From NCBI GenBank assembly GCA_965213705.1, contig OZ243913.1, positions 576,001 through 640,000 of the forward strand: a stretch of DNA of 64,000 nucleotides. Direction: 5' to 3'. Position 1 is the first letter of the stretch. Each line of letters begins with the position of its first letter. The DNA is from Trueperaceae bacterium. GTDB lineage: Bacteria; Deinococcota; Deinococci; Deinococcales; Trueperaceae. This document shows, one piece after another, positions 1 to 8,659 of this stretch. The notes under the pieces are model-generated. The model had not been told where the DNA came from, made no database searches, and worked only from the letters and a program-made list of their open reading frames with translations. Made by a program: the position numbers and the translations under genes.

Positions 1-618
1 GGGGAGCGCTGCACCAGCTCGAGCCGTGTCCTCGTGCAAGAAAGCATCTACGAAGACTTCACCCGCAAGCTCGCCGAACGCGCCAAGAACATCCGTGTCG
101 GCGACCCCTTCGACCCCGCAACCGAACTCGGCCCGCTCATCCATCCCAGCCATGTTCAAAAAGTGTGCAGCTACTTCGACTTGGCGCGCGACGAGGGCGC
201 GACCGTCGCGGCGGGCGGCGAAGCCGAAGGCAACTTCGTCACGGCGACGCTGTTCACGAACGCGACGAACACCATGCGCGTGGCGCAGGAGGAGATTTTC
301 GGCCCCGTGCTGACGGCGATTCCTTTCAAGGATGAACAAGAAGCCCTCGAGCTTGCCAACGACACGCGCTACGGCCTCACCGGCTACTTGTGGACGGGTG
401 ACGTGAGCCGCGCCCACCGTTTCGCCCAGGGGCTCGAGGCCGGGATGATTTGGGTGAACTCGCACAACGTGCGCCACCTGCCCACCCCCTTCGGCGGCAT
501 GAAGGCGTCGGGCGTCGGGCGGGACGGGGGCGACTACTCGTTCGACTTTTACATGGAGACGAAAAATATCGCCGTGGCCTTGGGCGAGCACGGGATTCCG
601 AAGCTTGGGAAGGGGTAG
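1..618 (+). CDS. hpaE: 5-carboxymethyl-2-hydroxymuconate semialdehyde dehydrogenase (5'-partial)
   Basis: The frame is open from base 1 (GERCTSSSR, catalytic Cys). It has the ALDH motifs EEIFGPV and PFGGMKASGVGRDGG and the HpaE-like NSHNVRHLPTPFGG. It lies upstream of hpaB/hpaD. Confidence 0.9.
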   Translation, partial: GERCTSSSRVLVQESIYEDFTRKLAERAKNIRVGDPFDPATELGPLIHPSHVQKVCSYFDLARDEGATVAAGGEAEGNFVTATLFTNATNTMRVAQEEIFGPVLTAIPFKDEQEALELANDTRYGLTGYLWTGDVSRAHRFAQGLEAGMIWVNSHNVRHLPTPFGGMKASGVGRDGGDYSFDFYMETKNIAVALGEHGIPKLGKG

Positions 619-621
619 AGA

Positions 622-885
622 ATGGCGGACGTGATTGAGTTGGAGGTCGAGGCCGACGAAAACGGCGAACTGCATCTCTCGAAGGAGCAGCTTGGCGGTG
701 CCGAACCGAAGGCGCGTTTTAAGGTGCGGGTCGAGCCTCAAACTCCCACCACTGAGCGAGGGCCGAAGTGGGCCGGTATGACGCCGGAGGAGCGGGCGAG
801 AAAGTTTGAGGCTTGGGCCAGGAGTCACAAAGACGGCCCTGGTCTCTCAGACTGGGCAGTAAGCCGCGATTCGATTTACGACTGA
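622..885 (+). CDS. putative antitoxin (VapB-like partner of PIN toxin)
   Basis: 87 aa ending in SRDSIYD, a tail typical of such antitoxins. Its stop overlaps the PIN gene start (TGATG). Confidence 0.7.
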   Translation: MADVIELEVEADENGELHLSKEQLGGAEPKARFKVRVEPQTPTTERGPKWAGMTPEERARKFEAWARSHKDGPGLSDWAVSRDSIYD

Positions 886-1331
886 TGCCTTCCTACTTAC
901 TGGACACGAACATCTTGCTTCGTTCAGCGGATGACCATTCCGTCTACTTCGAACTTGCGCTTGGAGCCGTACGCACTCTGCTGGCTCAAGGTGAAGCGCT
1001 GTTTATCGTGCCACAAAACATCTATGAGTTTTGGGCCGTAGCAACCCGTCCAACAAGCGCGAACGGTCTAGGCTGGAACAGTGAGCGTTGCCGGAGAGAG
1101 GTTACTGCGGTGACGCAGAGCTTCACGCTTCTTCACGACGCGCCGAGCGTGTTCACCAACTGGCTCGAGCTTGTCACCACCCACGACGTAAAAGGCAAAC
1201 AGGTCCACGACGCTAGGCTGGTCGCGGCAATGCAGACGCACGACCTAACCAACCTCCTCACGCTCAACGTCAAGGATTTCGAGCGCTATCCGGTCACGCC
1301 GGTTCACCCCGACGCTGTGAGTAGGATCTGA
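885..1331 (+). CDS. vapC: PIN-domain VapC-family toxin
   Basis: Motifs YLLDTNILLR, PQNIYEFWAVATRP, VHDARLVAAM and LTLNVKDF. Confidence 0.88.
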   Translation: MPSYLLDTNILLRSADDHSVYFELALGAVRTLLAQGEALFIVPQNIYEFWAVATRPTSANGLGWNSERCRREVTAVTQSFTLLHDAPSVFTNWLELVTTHDVKGKQVHDARLVAAMQTHDLTNLLTLNVKDFERYPVTPVHPDAVSRI

Positions 1332-1333
1332 GA

Positions 1334-1705
1334 ATGCCGCGAATCCAGCACGTCGCCCTTAGGACGAACGACCTCGAGCACACCCGCGCTTTCTATAAGT
1401 TGCTCGGGCTCGAGGGCGACCTCAACCCGAAAGTCGGGCGGCTGTGGCTGAACTTTGCGGACGGCTTCACGCTCATCTTCGACTACTCGGACAAAGAATC
1501 TGAGCCTGGCACGCTGACGTATTTGGGGCTCGAGCTAGCAAGTTTTGAAGCGGTTGACCGGATGTTTGAAAAGCTTACGCCGAAAATCAGCATCGGGCGC
1601 GATTTGAGAGAAGCTTACCGGAACGCGCAAGGCCCTTACGGATTTTTCGTCGAAGACCCCAACGGCTACACCCTCAAAGTTTTTAAGTACAACGAGCCTG
1701 AATAA
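1334..1705 (+). CDS. VOC/glyoxalase family protein
   Basis: [12 protein letters not shown]...FY at the N-terminus and [11 protein letters not shown] at the C-terminus. Leaderless TAGGAT-N6-ATG. Confidence 0.8.
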   Translation: MPRIQHVALRTNDLEHTRAFYKLLGLEGDLNPKVGRLWLNFADGFTLIFDYSDKESEPGTLTYLGLELASFEAVDRMFEKLTPKISIGRDLREAYRNAQGPYGFFVEDPNGYTLKVFKYNEPE

Positions 1706-1731
1706 AGTTCGCCTCTTTGAAAGGAGCCGAC

Positions 1732-3237
1732 ATGCCCGCACGCACCGGAAAACAGTTTTTGGAAGGCTTAAAGCGCAACCCGCCCAACATCTATATCGAC
1801 GGCGAGAAGGTCGCCGACCCCACGAGCCACTCGAGCACGAAAAACGTCGCCCGCTCCATCGCCCACCTGTACGACCTGCAACACGAGCCAGAACTTCGGG
1901 ACGTGATGACCTACGAGAGCCCTACCACCGGCGACCGTGTGGGGATGAGTTTTCTCGAGACCGTCACGAAAGACGACCTCAAACGCCGCGCCGCGATGCA
2001 CAAGGTGTGGGCGGACGCTTCGCTCGGCTTTTTGGGGCGCGCCCCGGACTACATGAACGTCAACCTGATGGCGGCGGCGCGGGCCTCCAACTACTTCGCG
2101 CAGTGCGAGCCACGCTTCGGGGAGAACATGCGCAACTATTACGAGCACGTGCGCGAGCATGACCTCGTGCTGACCCACGCGCTCACCAACCCGCAGGTGA
2201 ACCGCTCGGCAAGGGCGGACGAACTCGAAGACCCCTACATCGCCCTCGGACTCGTCGAAGAAACCGATGAGGGCATCATCGTCCGCGGCGCGCGGATGAT
2301 GGCGACGTTGCCCATCGCCGACGAGATTTTGATTTTCCCCTCGACTGTGTTGAAAGAGCAAGAGGAATTGAAGCGTTACGCCCTCGCTTTTGCGCTGCCG
2401 ACGAATACAAAGGGGCTGACCTTCCAGTGCCGCGAACCGCTCGACATCGGGCGCAGCCACGAGGACCACCCGCTGGCGTCACGGTTCGAAGAGTTCGACG
2501 CGATGGTCTACTTCGACGACGTGCTCGTGCCCTGGGAGCGCGTGTTTTTGATGAACGACGTCAAACTCGCCAACCGCGCTTACGGCGCGACCGGCGCGGT
2601 TTACCAGATGGCCCACCAGGTCGTGAACGTGAAAATCGCCAAGACCGAGGCGTTTTTGGGCGTCGCGCAGAAAATCGTCGAGACCATCGGGAGCGCGCAG
2701 TTTCAGCACGTGCAGCAGAAAGTCGCCGAGATTATCCTGAACCTGGAGACGATGCGGGCACTCAAACTCGCTTCTGAAGAAAACGCCTTTTTAGACGAGT
2801 ACGGCACGATGACGCCCGCCAAGGAGCCGCTGAACGTGGCCCGCAACCTCTACCCGCAACTCTACCCGCGCATGGTCGAGATTATCCAGCTGTTGGGCGC
2901 GTCGGGCATGATCATGATTCCGACTGAAGCCGACCGCAAGGGGCCGCTGGGCGACAAAATCGCCAAGTACCTGCAAGCTAGAAACGCGAGCAGCGACGAG
3001 CGCATAGCCCTCTTCCGCCTTGCCTGGGACATGACGATTTCGTCCTTCGGCGCGCGCCAAAACCTCTACGAAAAGTTTTTCTTCGGCGACCCGGTGCGGA
3101 CGCAGTGCGCGCTTTATGAGAACTACGACAAACAGCCTTATGTCGAGAAGATAGATGCCTTTTTAGCCCTCGGCAATCGGGAGTTCGAGGACGCGCCGAA
3201 GCTCGAGCCCGACCTGGTCGCCTCGGCGGACGACTAA
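1732..3237 (+). CDS. hpaB: 4-hydroxyphenylacetate 3-monooxygenase, oxygenase component
   Basis: Motifs [41 protein letters not shown] and [22 protein letters not shown]. Confidence 0.93.
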   Translation: MPARTGKQFLEGLKRNPPNIYIDGEKVADPTSHSSTKNVARSIAHLYDLQHEPELRDVMTYESPTTGDRVGMSFLETVTKDDLKRRAAMHKVWADASLGFLGRAPDYMNVNLMAAARASNYFAQCEPRFGENMRNYYEHVREHDLVLTHALTNPQVNRSARADELEDPYIALGLVEETDEGIIVRGARMMATLPIADEILIFPSTVLKEQEELKRYALAFALPTNTKGLTFQCREPLDIGRSHEDHPLASRFEEFDAMVYFDDVLVPWERVFLMNDVKLANRAYGATGAVYQMAHQVVNVKIAKTEAFLGVAQKIVETIGSAQFQHVQQKVAEIILNLETMRALKLASEENAFLDEYGTMTPAKEPLNVARNLYPQLYPRMVEIIQLLGASGMIMIPTEADRKGPLGDKIAKYLQARNASSDERIALFRLAWDMTISSFGARQNLYEKFFFGDPVRTQCALYENYDKQPYVEKIDAFLALGNREFEDAPKLEPDLVASADD

Positions 3238-3239
3238 TC

Positions 3240-4226
3240 TTGCGCCTGCACCCGCCTACGTTCACACCGCCCTTCAACGTCGTGCGCTTGAGTCACGTCG
3301 AACTCGGGGTGACGAGTCTGGACGCGGCTCGAGCCTTTTACGTTCAAACCCTCGGCCTGATTGAAACCGAGCGAACTTCGGACACCCTTTATTTACGCGG
3401 GCTGGAAGAGCGCAATCACCATGCTTACGTGCTGGTCGAAACACCGGAGCCGGTGTGCAAACGCCTCGCTTACAAGCTGGCGAGCGAGGAAGATTTAGAC
3501 AAGGCCGCAGCCTTTTTCGAGGCTAAGGGTTTGGGTGTGCAATGGGTCGAAAAACAAGCGCAGGGGCGGACGCTCCACACGACCGACCCGTTCGGCGTGC
3601 CGTTGGAGTTCTACTTTTCAATGGCGCAAGAACCCCGCAAACTGCAAAACTACGGCGAGTACCGCGGCGTGCAGCCGCTGCGCATCGACCACTTCAACCT
3701 GTTCACGCCCGATGTCTACTCGGCGCAGGCGTTCTACTCCTCAGACCTCGGCTTCCGGCCGACCGAGTACACCTACGACCCCGACAACGACGACGCGCTC
3801 TGGGCGGTGTGGCTGCATCGCAAGGGCGGCGTCCACGACCTCGCGCTGACCAACGGGCGCGGGCCGCGGCTGCACCACGTCGCGCTGTGGGTGCCGACGG
3901 CGCTCAACATCATCCACCTCTGCGACGTGATGGCGACGACGGGGTATCTAGCGAACCTCGAGCGTGGGCCGGGGCGGCACGGCATCTCGAACGCTTTTTT
4001 CCTGTACGTGCGCGACCCGGACGGACACCGCACCGAGATTTACACCTCGGACTACCTCACCGTAGACCCGGACTTCGAGCCGATTGCCTGGAAACTCAAA
4101 GACGCGCAGCGACAGACGCTGTGGGGCACGGCCGCGCCGAAGTCCTGGTTTGAAGAGGGGACGCTGTTCGAGGGCGTCGAGGTGCGGGAGCCGGTGCTCG
4201 AGATGCAGCCGGTCGTCGCGCCCTGA
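3240..4226 (+). CDS. hpaD: 3,4-dihydroxyphenylacetate 2,3-dioxygenase
   Basis: Motifs PPFNVVRLSHVEL, RGLEERNHH, HDLALTNGRGPRLHH and ERGPGRHGISNAFFLY. TTG start. Confidence 0.92.
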   Translation: MRLHPPTFTPPFNVVRLSHVELGVTSLDAARAFYVQTLGLIETERTSDTLYLRGLEERNHHAYVLVETPEPVCKRLAYKLASEEDLDKAAAFFEAKGLGVQWVEKQAQGRTLHTTDPFGVPLEFYFSMAQEPRKLQNYGEYRGVQPLRIDHFNLFTPDVYSAQAFYSSDLGFRPTEYTYDPDNDDALWAVWLHRKGGVHDLALTNGRGPRLHHVALWVPTALNIIHLCDVMATTGYLANLERGPGRHGISNAFFLYVRDPDGHRTEIYTSDYLTVDPDFEPIAWKLKDAQRQTLWGTAAPKSWFEEGTLFEGVEVREPVLEMQPVVAP

Positions 4227-4259
4227 GGGTTGATTATTCCAGCGGTGTAAACTTTCGTC

Positions 4260-4628
4260 ATGAAAGGTGCCGAAAAACCCGGCGGGTTCGAGAAGCTGAA
4301 GGCGAAGTGGCATAAGGATGCTCAGTTGCGGCAGCGAGAAGCTGACTTGCGCAGAGCCGCGCTTTTAGAGCGAGGCGGGCCGGTGTTTGAAAGGTTCGGC
4401 GTGCAACACGTGGTGCTGTTCGGGTCGGTCGCCAGGGGCGCGAGCGCGGCAAGCTCGGACTTGGATCTGTTGGTGTGGCCGTTGCCTGTGGAGGCTTACT
4501 GGGACTTCAAGCACGCGCTCGAGGAGGCCGTAAACTACCCTTGCGACGTTCACACCACGGACGGCGACCCGGACTTCGTGAACAAGGTACGGGCGCGCGG
4601 AGAGACTATCTACACGTATGAACCCTAA
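4260..4628 (+). CDS. minimal nucleotidyltransferase (MNT) antitoxin
   Basis: LFGSVARG...SDLDLLV motif; overlaps the downstream HEPN-like gene. Confidence 0.85.
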   Translation: MKGAEKPGGFEKLKAKWHKDAQLRQREADLRRAALLERGGPVFERFGVQHVVLFGSVARGASAASSDLDLLVWPLPVEAYWDFKHALEEAVNYPCDVHTTDGDPDFVNKVRARGETIYTYEP

Positions 4629-4995
4629 CGCCGCGCTCCTCAAAGCGGACGTGCGCGACGAACTGGGCAAGCTCGAGCGCTTGACCCAGGATTTTGCCGG
4701 GCTCAAAGACCTGCTTACCAAAGCTCCGGAAGAGGTGTTCTTTTTCGAGCGCGCGGCGGTCGGCTACTACCTGCACAGTTTTTACAACGGCTGTGAAAAC
4801 AGCTTTACGCCTATCGGCCGCTTTTTTGAAAACGACCTGAGCCCCGATAGCTGGCACGCCGACCTGCTCAAACGGATGAAGCTTACAGTATCCGGCTACC
4901 GTCCGGCGGTCATCGACGAAGAGTTGTACCGGCTGCTCAACGACTTTACGCGGCGTAGTCGAAGTCAAACCACGCGCCGACGGCGTAAAGCATGA
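4618..4995 (+). pseudogene. HEPN/HepT-like toxin, 3'-truncated
   Basis: Matches the family through YLHSFYNGCE, SWHADLLKRM and RPAVIDEELYRLLNDF. It then diverges where the catalytic FRH motif should follow. Confidence 0.75.
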
Positions 4996-5107
4996 GGTGG
5001 AACTCGAGCACCTTGCCGAACGCTTGCGCGCCATAGCGTCTTCACAGTCTCACTTGCGCAGACAAGCTTCAAAAGGACTATAGTTGTAGCCAAGTAAAGG
5101 AGAACCC

Positions 5108-5728
5108 GTGTCTACAAGAGCACCTGGAAGACTGTGGCGCTTGGGTATGAAAAACGCCCTCATGGTCGGACTCGTCATGCTCGTGACGTGTACGGTTTTG
5201 GCAAGCGGGGTTGGCTTCTTTGTCGGTTGGGGTTTCGGTCGCTCGTTGGGCTTGGCATTCGTCGTTGTTTATGCGGTCATCGTCGCAAGCTTTTTTGTGA
5301 CCTTAGCGAGAGACAGGGCGAGCGCGGGCCGACTCCTTTACGACGCAGGCAAACACCCACAGCGACGGCTGTTTCTGTTCAACGCGGGTGTCTCCTTTTT
5401 GATAGCCCTAATGGCTTTTTTGGGGCCGTCCCAAAGCAGCAACCTCTTCATGAGGTTTTTGCCCTATTTTCTTCTGACCGGTGCCGTTTTCAATTTCTAC
5501 CAATCGTTCGGGCATTTGCAGGTTCGCGAAGCCGGTCTTTGGGGCTATTGGGGGCTGCTGCCTTGGAGGAAAATCGGCTCGTATTCTTGGACGGACGACG
5601 CCACCTTGCTTGTCCAAACCAGCGGCCAGTTCAGCTTTTTGCGAGGCGGCTTCGCCGTGCCGCCCGAGCACAGGGCAAACCTCGAGGCCTACTTGCTCGA
5701 GCACACCCGTCAAAGTGTTGCTCGATAA
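5108..5728 (+). CDS. hypothetical membrane protein (4 TM plus a short PH-like C-terminus)
   Basis: RBS AAAGGAG before GTG; hydrophobic segments; LLPWRKIGSYSW tail. Confidence 0.65.
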   Translation: MSTRAPGRLWRLGMKNALMVGLVMLVTCTVLASGVGFFVGWGFGRSLGLAFVVVYAVIVASFFVTLARDRASAGRLLYDAGKHPQRRLFLFNAGVSFLIALMAFLGPSQSSNLFMRFLPYFLLTGAVFNFYQSFGHLQVREAGLWGYWGLLPWRKIGSYSWTDDATLLVQTSGQFSFLRGGFAVPPEHRANLEAYLLEHTRQSVAR

Positions 5729-5869
5729 AGTTTTGAGGAAGGCTCGAGCCGCACCCTCTCATCTGCGAAGGACAACACCCTAAAAACCTCCCCGAGTGGA
5801 GTAACATAGATTTACCGACTTCTCAACCGAAGTCATTCAACCTCGTAGCAGCAAAGGAGACCTAACATC

Positions 5870-7072
5870 ATGGCAAGCACCTTACTCGCCGAGCCGCAGG
5901 GCCTGGCAAAAGCGCAACTGCAAGACTTTTACGGGCTCGAGACTTTTTACAGCCCCGAAGAACGGCTCATCCGCGACAGCGTCAAAGAGTTCGTTAAAGA
6001 GGAAATTCTGCCCTTTGTGGGCGATTGGTGGCAAGAGGGCTACTTTCCCCCCGAACTGCCGAGAAAGTTCGGTGACCTGGGCGTTCTCGGTATCACCTTG
6101 CCTGAAAAGTACGGCGGCATCGGCGCGTCTTACACCGCTTACGGCCTCGTCAACCGCGAAATCGAGTACGGCGACTCGGGCATGAGGAGTTTCGTCAGCG
6201 TGCAGTCCAGCCTCGTGATGTACCCGATTTACACCTACGGCTCGGAAGACTTGCGCATGAAGTGGCTGCCTAGATTAGCTTCGGGCGAGGCCATCGGCTG
6301 TTTCGGACTGACCGAGCCCGACGCGGGTTCCGACCCCGGCAGCATGACGACGCGGGTGCGCAAGGTCGGCAATGAATATGTCATCAACGGCGTGAAGCGC
6401 TGGATTACGAGCGGCTCGAGGGCCGACGTAGCCATCATCTGGGCCAGAAGTGAGGACGACGGCAAGGTTTACGGCTTCGCGGTGAACACCTCGACGCCCG
6501 GCTTTACCGCTGTAGACATTAAAACCAAAGCATCCATGCGCGCCTCGGTCACCTCAGAACTGTACCTGGACGACGTGGTCGTGCCCGCCGCGGACAAACT
6601 GAACATCGTCGGCTTAAAAGGCCCGCTGTCGTGTCTCAACCAGGCGCGCTACGGCATCGCCTGGGGCGTGTTGGGCGCGGGCTTTTTCTGTTTGGAAGAA
6701 GCCGCCACCTACGTCGAAGACCGCCCGGTGTTCGGCGTGGCGCTGGCGACGAAGCAAATCGTGCAGGCCAAGCTCGCCGACATGCTCGCCGACCTCACCA
6801 AAGGCAGCCTGCTCGCCTTTCAACTCGCCAAACTCAAAGAACAGGGCAAAGACACCCCGCCCCGCATCTCGCTCGCCAAACGCGACAACGTCCGGGCGGC
6901 GTTGAGTGCGGCGAGAAGCGCGAGGGACATCCTGGGCGGCAACGGCATCACTCTGGAATACGGCGCGATTCGGCACATGCTCAACTTGGAAACCGTGGCG
7001 ACTTACGAGGGTACGGACACGGTTCACACGCTCGTGCTGGGCCGGGAGATTACCGGGCACAACGCGTTTTAG
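5870..7072 (+). CDS. acyl-CoA dehydrogenase (glutaryl-CoA dehydrogenase-like)
   Basis: Motifs DSGMRSFVSVQSSLVMYPI, GCFGLTEPDAGSDPGSM, LGGNGI and NLETVATYEGT. Confidence 0.9.
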   Translation: MASTLLAEPQGLAKAQLQDFYGLETFYSPEERLIRDSVKEFVKEEILPFVGDWWQEGYFPPELPRKFGDLGVLGITLPEKYGGIGASYTAYGLVNREIEYGDSGMRSFVSVQSSLVMYPIYTYGSEDLRMKWLPRLASGEAIGCFGLTEPDAGSDPGSMTTRVRKVGNEYVINGVKRWITSGSRADVAIIWARSEDDGKVYGFAVNTSTPGFTAVDIKTKASMRASVTSELYLDDVVVPAADKLNIVGLKGPLSCLNQARYGIAWGVLGAGFFCLEEAATYVEDRPVFGVALATKQIVQAKLADMLADLTKGSLLAFQLAKLKEQGKDTPPRISLAKRDNVRAALSAARSARDILGGNGITLEYGAIRHMLNLETVATYEGTDTVHTLVLGREITGHNAF

Positions 7073-7102
7073 TCGGTAGGCAAATTGCAGAGGGTGAGTT
7101 AA

Positions 7103-7681
7103 GTGTTTAGCACAGCATTCTTCGGTTCGCTAGTGGGTACTTTGCTCACCCTTCTTGTATTGTTGGGCGGCTTCCTAATCTGGGACTACTTTGACCGTCG
7201 CAAGCAGCGTGGAAGTGTTATACCTTCTACCTCATCACATTTTGACAATATCCCTGAACGGGAGCTGGAAAGTCATATCGTTCAGCAATTTTCGAGCCTC
7301 TTCCCAAACCTTCGCATTTACAATGATGCTTCGGAAGGCGATAATTTGACAGGGATTCAACTCAATACAAAGAAAGCCGGAATTATTGACATTCTTGCAC
7401 TAGACGGTGAAGACAACTTTGTCATCTTTGAACTCAAGAAAGCTAAAGCGCCTGACAGGGTTGTCGCGCAAGTTGACAGATACATCGAATGGGTAGAACG
7501 GCACTTGGCGCAATCCTCTCAAAGTGTCAGAGCCATCGTAATCGCACAGAGGTTTGATAGCCGACTCTTGTACACACTGGCTAGACGAGAAAAAATCAGT
7601 GCAATGTCCTTCAGTTGGGAAATCGGCTTGAACTTGAGTGAGGCGTCTTTACCTGATAAAGCGGCTGACCTTGCGACTTAG
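7103..7681 (+). CDS. NucS/DUF91-like PD-(D/E)XK endonuclease with N-terminal TM helix
   Basis: ERELESHIV and IDILALDGEDNFVIFELKK...VVAQVDRYIEWV; hydrophobic residues 5-28; lower GC than the flanks. Confidence 0.75.
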   Translation: MFSTAFFGSLVGTLLTLLVLLGGFLIWDYFDRRKQRGSVIPSTSSHFDNIPERELESHIVQQFSSLFPNLRIYNDASEGDNLTGIQLNTKKAGIIDILALDGEDNFVIFELKKAKAPDRVVAQVDRYIEWVERHLAQSSQSVRAIVIAQRFDSRLLYTLARREKISAMSFSWEIGLNLSEASLPDKAADLAT

Positions 7682-7692
7682 CTATGCACTGT

Positions 7693-7853
7693 AAGGGATT
7701 CGGCTTACCCTAACGAAAGTTTAGAGCAAAGTCATAACATGCTTGATTTAATCTCTGAAACGTTGCAATCTCAGCGTAAGTCTGTAGGATGAGCTTACCC
7801 CTTAACGGTATCCGCGTCGCCGACTTCTCCCGCATCCTCGCCGGACTTTACTG
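7693..7853 (+). repeat. diverged direct repeat, copy 1 (includes the 5' end of the CoA transferase gene)
   Basis: Aligns with 8497-8659, e.g. CTCAGCGTAAGTCT.TAGGATGAGCTTACCCCT.AACGGTATCCGCGTCGCCGACTT. Confidence 0.9.
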
Positions 7854-7871
7854 GTGTATGATGGCGTCGAG

Positions 7872-8117
7872 ATGAACGAGCTGCAACCCTCCCTTGTCGA
7901 ATCGAATCCAAACATCATGATGGGCAAAGCCGTTATCAAAGGAACGCGCATCACGGTAGAGTCTATTTTGGAAAAGCTCGCCTACGGTGAAAGTAGGGAA
8001 CAGCTTCTTGCCGCTCACCCCAGACTGACCAAAGAAGCTATCGACGCGGCGCTGATTTTTGCTGCCCAGGCGCTTCGTGCCGACGTAGTTTACCCTACAC
8101 CCGGCAAGGCGGCGTGA
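7872..8117 (+). CDS. DUF433 antitoxin
   Basis: NPNIMMGKAVIKGTRITVESILEKLAYG...PRLTKEAIDAALIFA. Confidence 0.9.
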   Translation: MNELQPSLVESNPNIMMGKAVIKGTRITVESILEKLAYGESREQLLAAHPRLTKEAIDAALIFAAQALRADVVYPTPGKAA

Positions 8118-8467
8118 CGTTTGTCGCTGATGAAGGTGTAGATAGCGCCATTGTTGCAAAGCTGAGGGACGAAGACCATGAAGTTCTCTACGTGGTAGAA
8201 ATGTCACCGGGCATCTCCGATGATGAAGTTTTAGACTGGGCAAACGACAACCGAGCCTTACTCATGACGGCGGACAAAGACTTTGGAGAACTGGTGTTTA
8301 GGCTCAACCGCGTTCACAGAGGCGTGGTTCTTCTCAGGCTTTACGGGCTGAGTTCCGAGCTGAAGGCGAAGATTGTCAGTGAGACTGTACGAGCACACAG
8401 CGCTGCTATGGTTGACGCTTTTACCGTTATCGCGCACAGTTCGGTGCGCATTCGCTCCAAACTTTAA
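8114..8467 (+). CDS. DUF5615 PIN-like toxin
   Basis: FVADEGV, SPGISDDEVL, LMTADKDFGELVF; GTGA overlap with DUF433. Confidence 0.88.
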   Translation: MTFVADEGVDSAIVAKLRDEDHEVLYVVEMSPGISDDEVLDWANDNRALLMTADKDFGELVFRLNRVHRGVVLLRLYGLSSELKAKIVSETVRAHSAAMVDAFTVIAHSSVRIRSKL

Positions 8468-8496
8468 CCGCGCGTCGCTGTATGACTGAGCGCCGC

Positions 8497-8659
8497 AAAG
8501 GATTTGGGCTCGCACTGATGAAAAGTTTAGAGCACGGCCATGACATGCTTAACTCAACTCTCGAAACGCTGCAACCTCAGCGTAAGTCTCTAGGATGAGC
8601 TTACCCCTGAACGGTATCCGCGTCGCCGACTTTTCCCGCGTCCTCGCCGGACCCTACTG
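8497..8659 (+). repeat. diverged direct repeat, copy 2
   Basis: Partner of 7693-7853; contains the true CoA transferase start. Confidence 0.9.

Noticed and set aside
813..884. Extended N-termini in the ORF track (813, 9855, 27148, 35073, 43715, 44974, 46313, 63577)
   Set aside because: Family motifs and -10 or overlap signals support the downstream starts.
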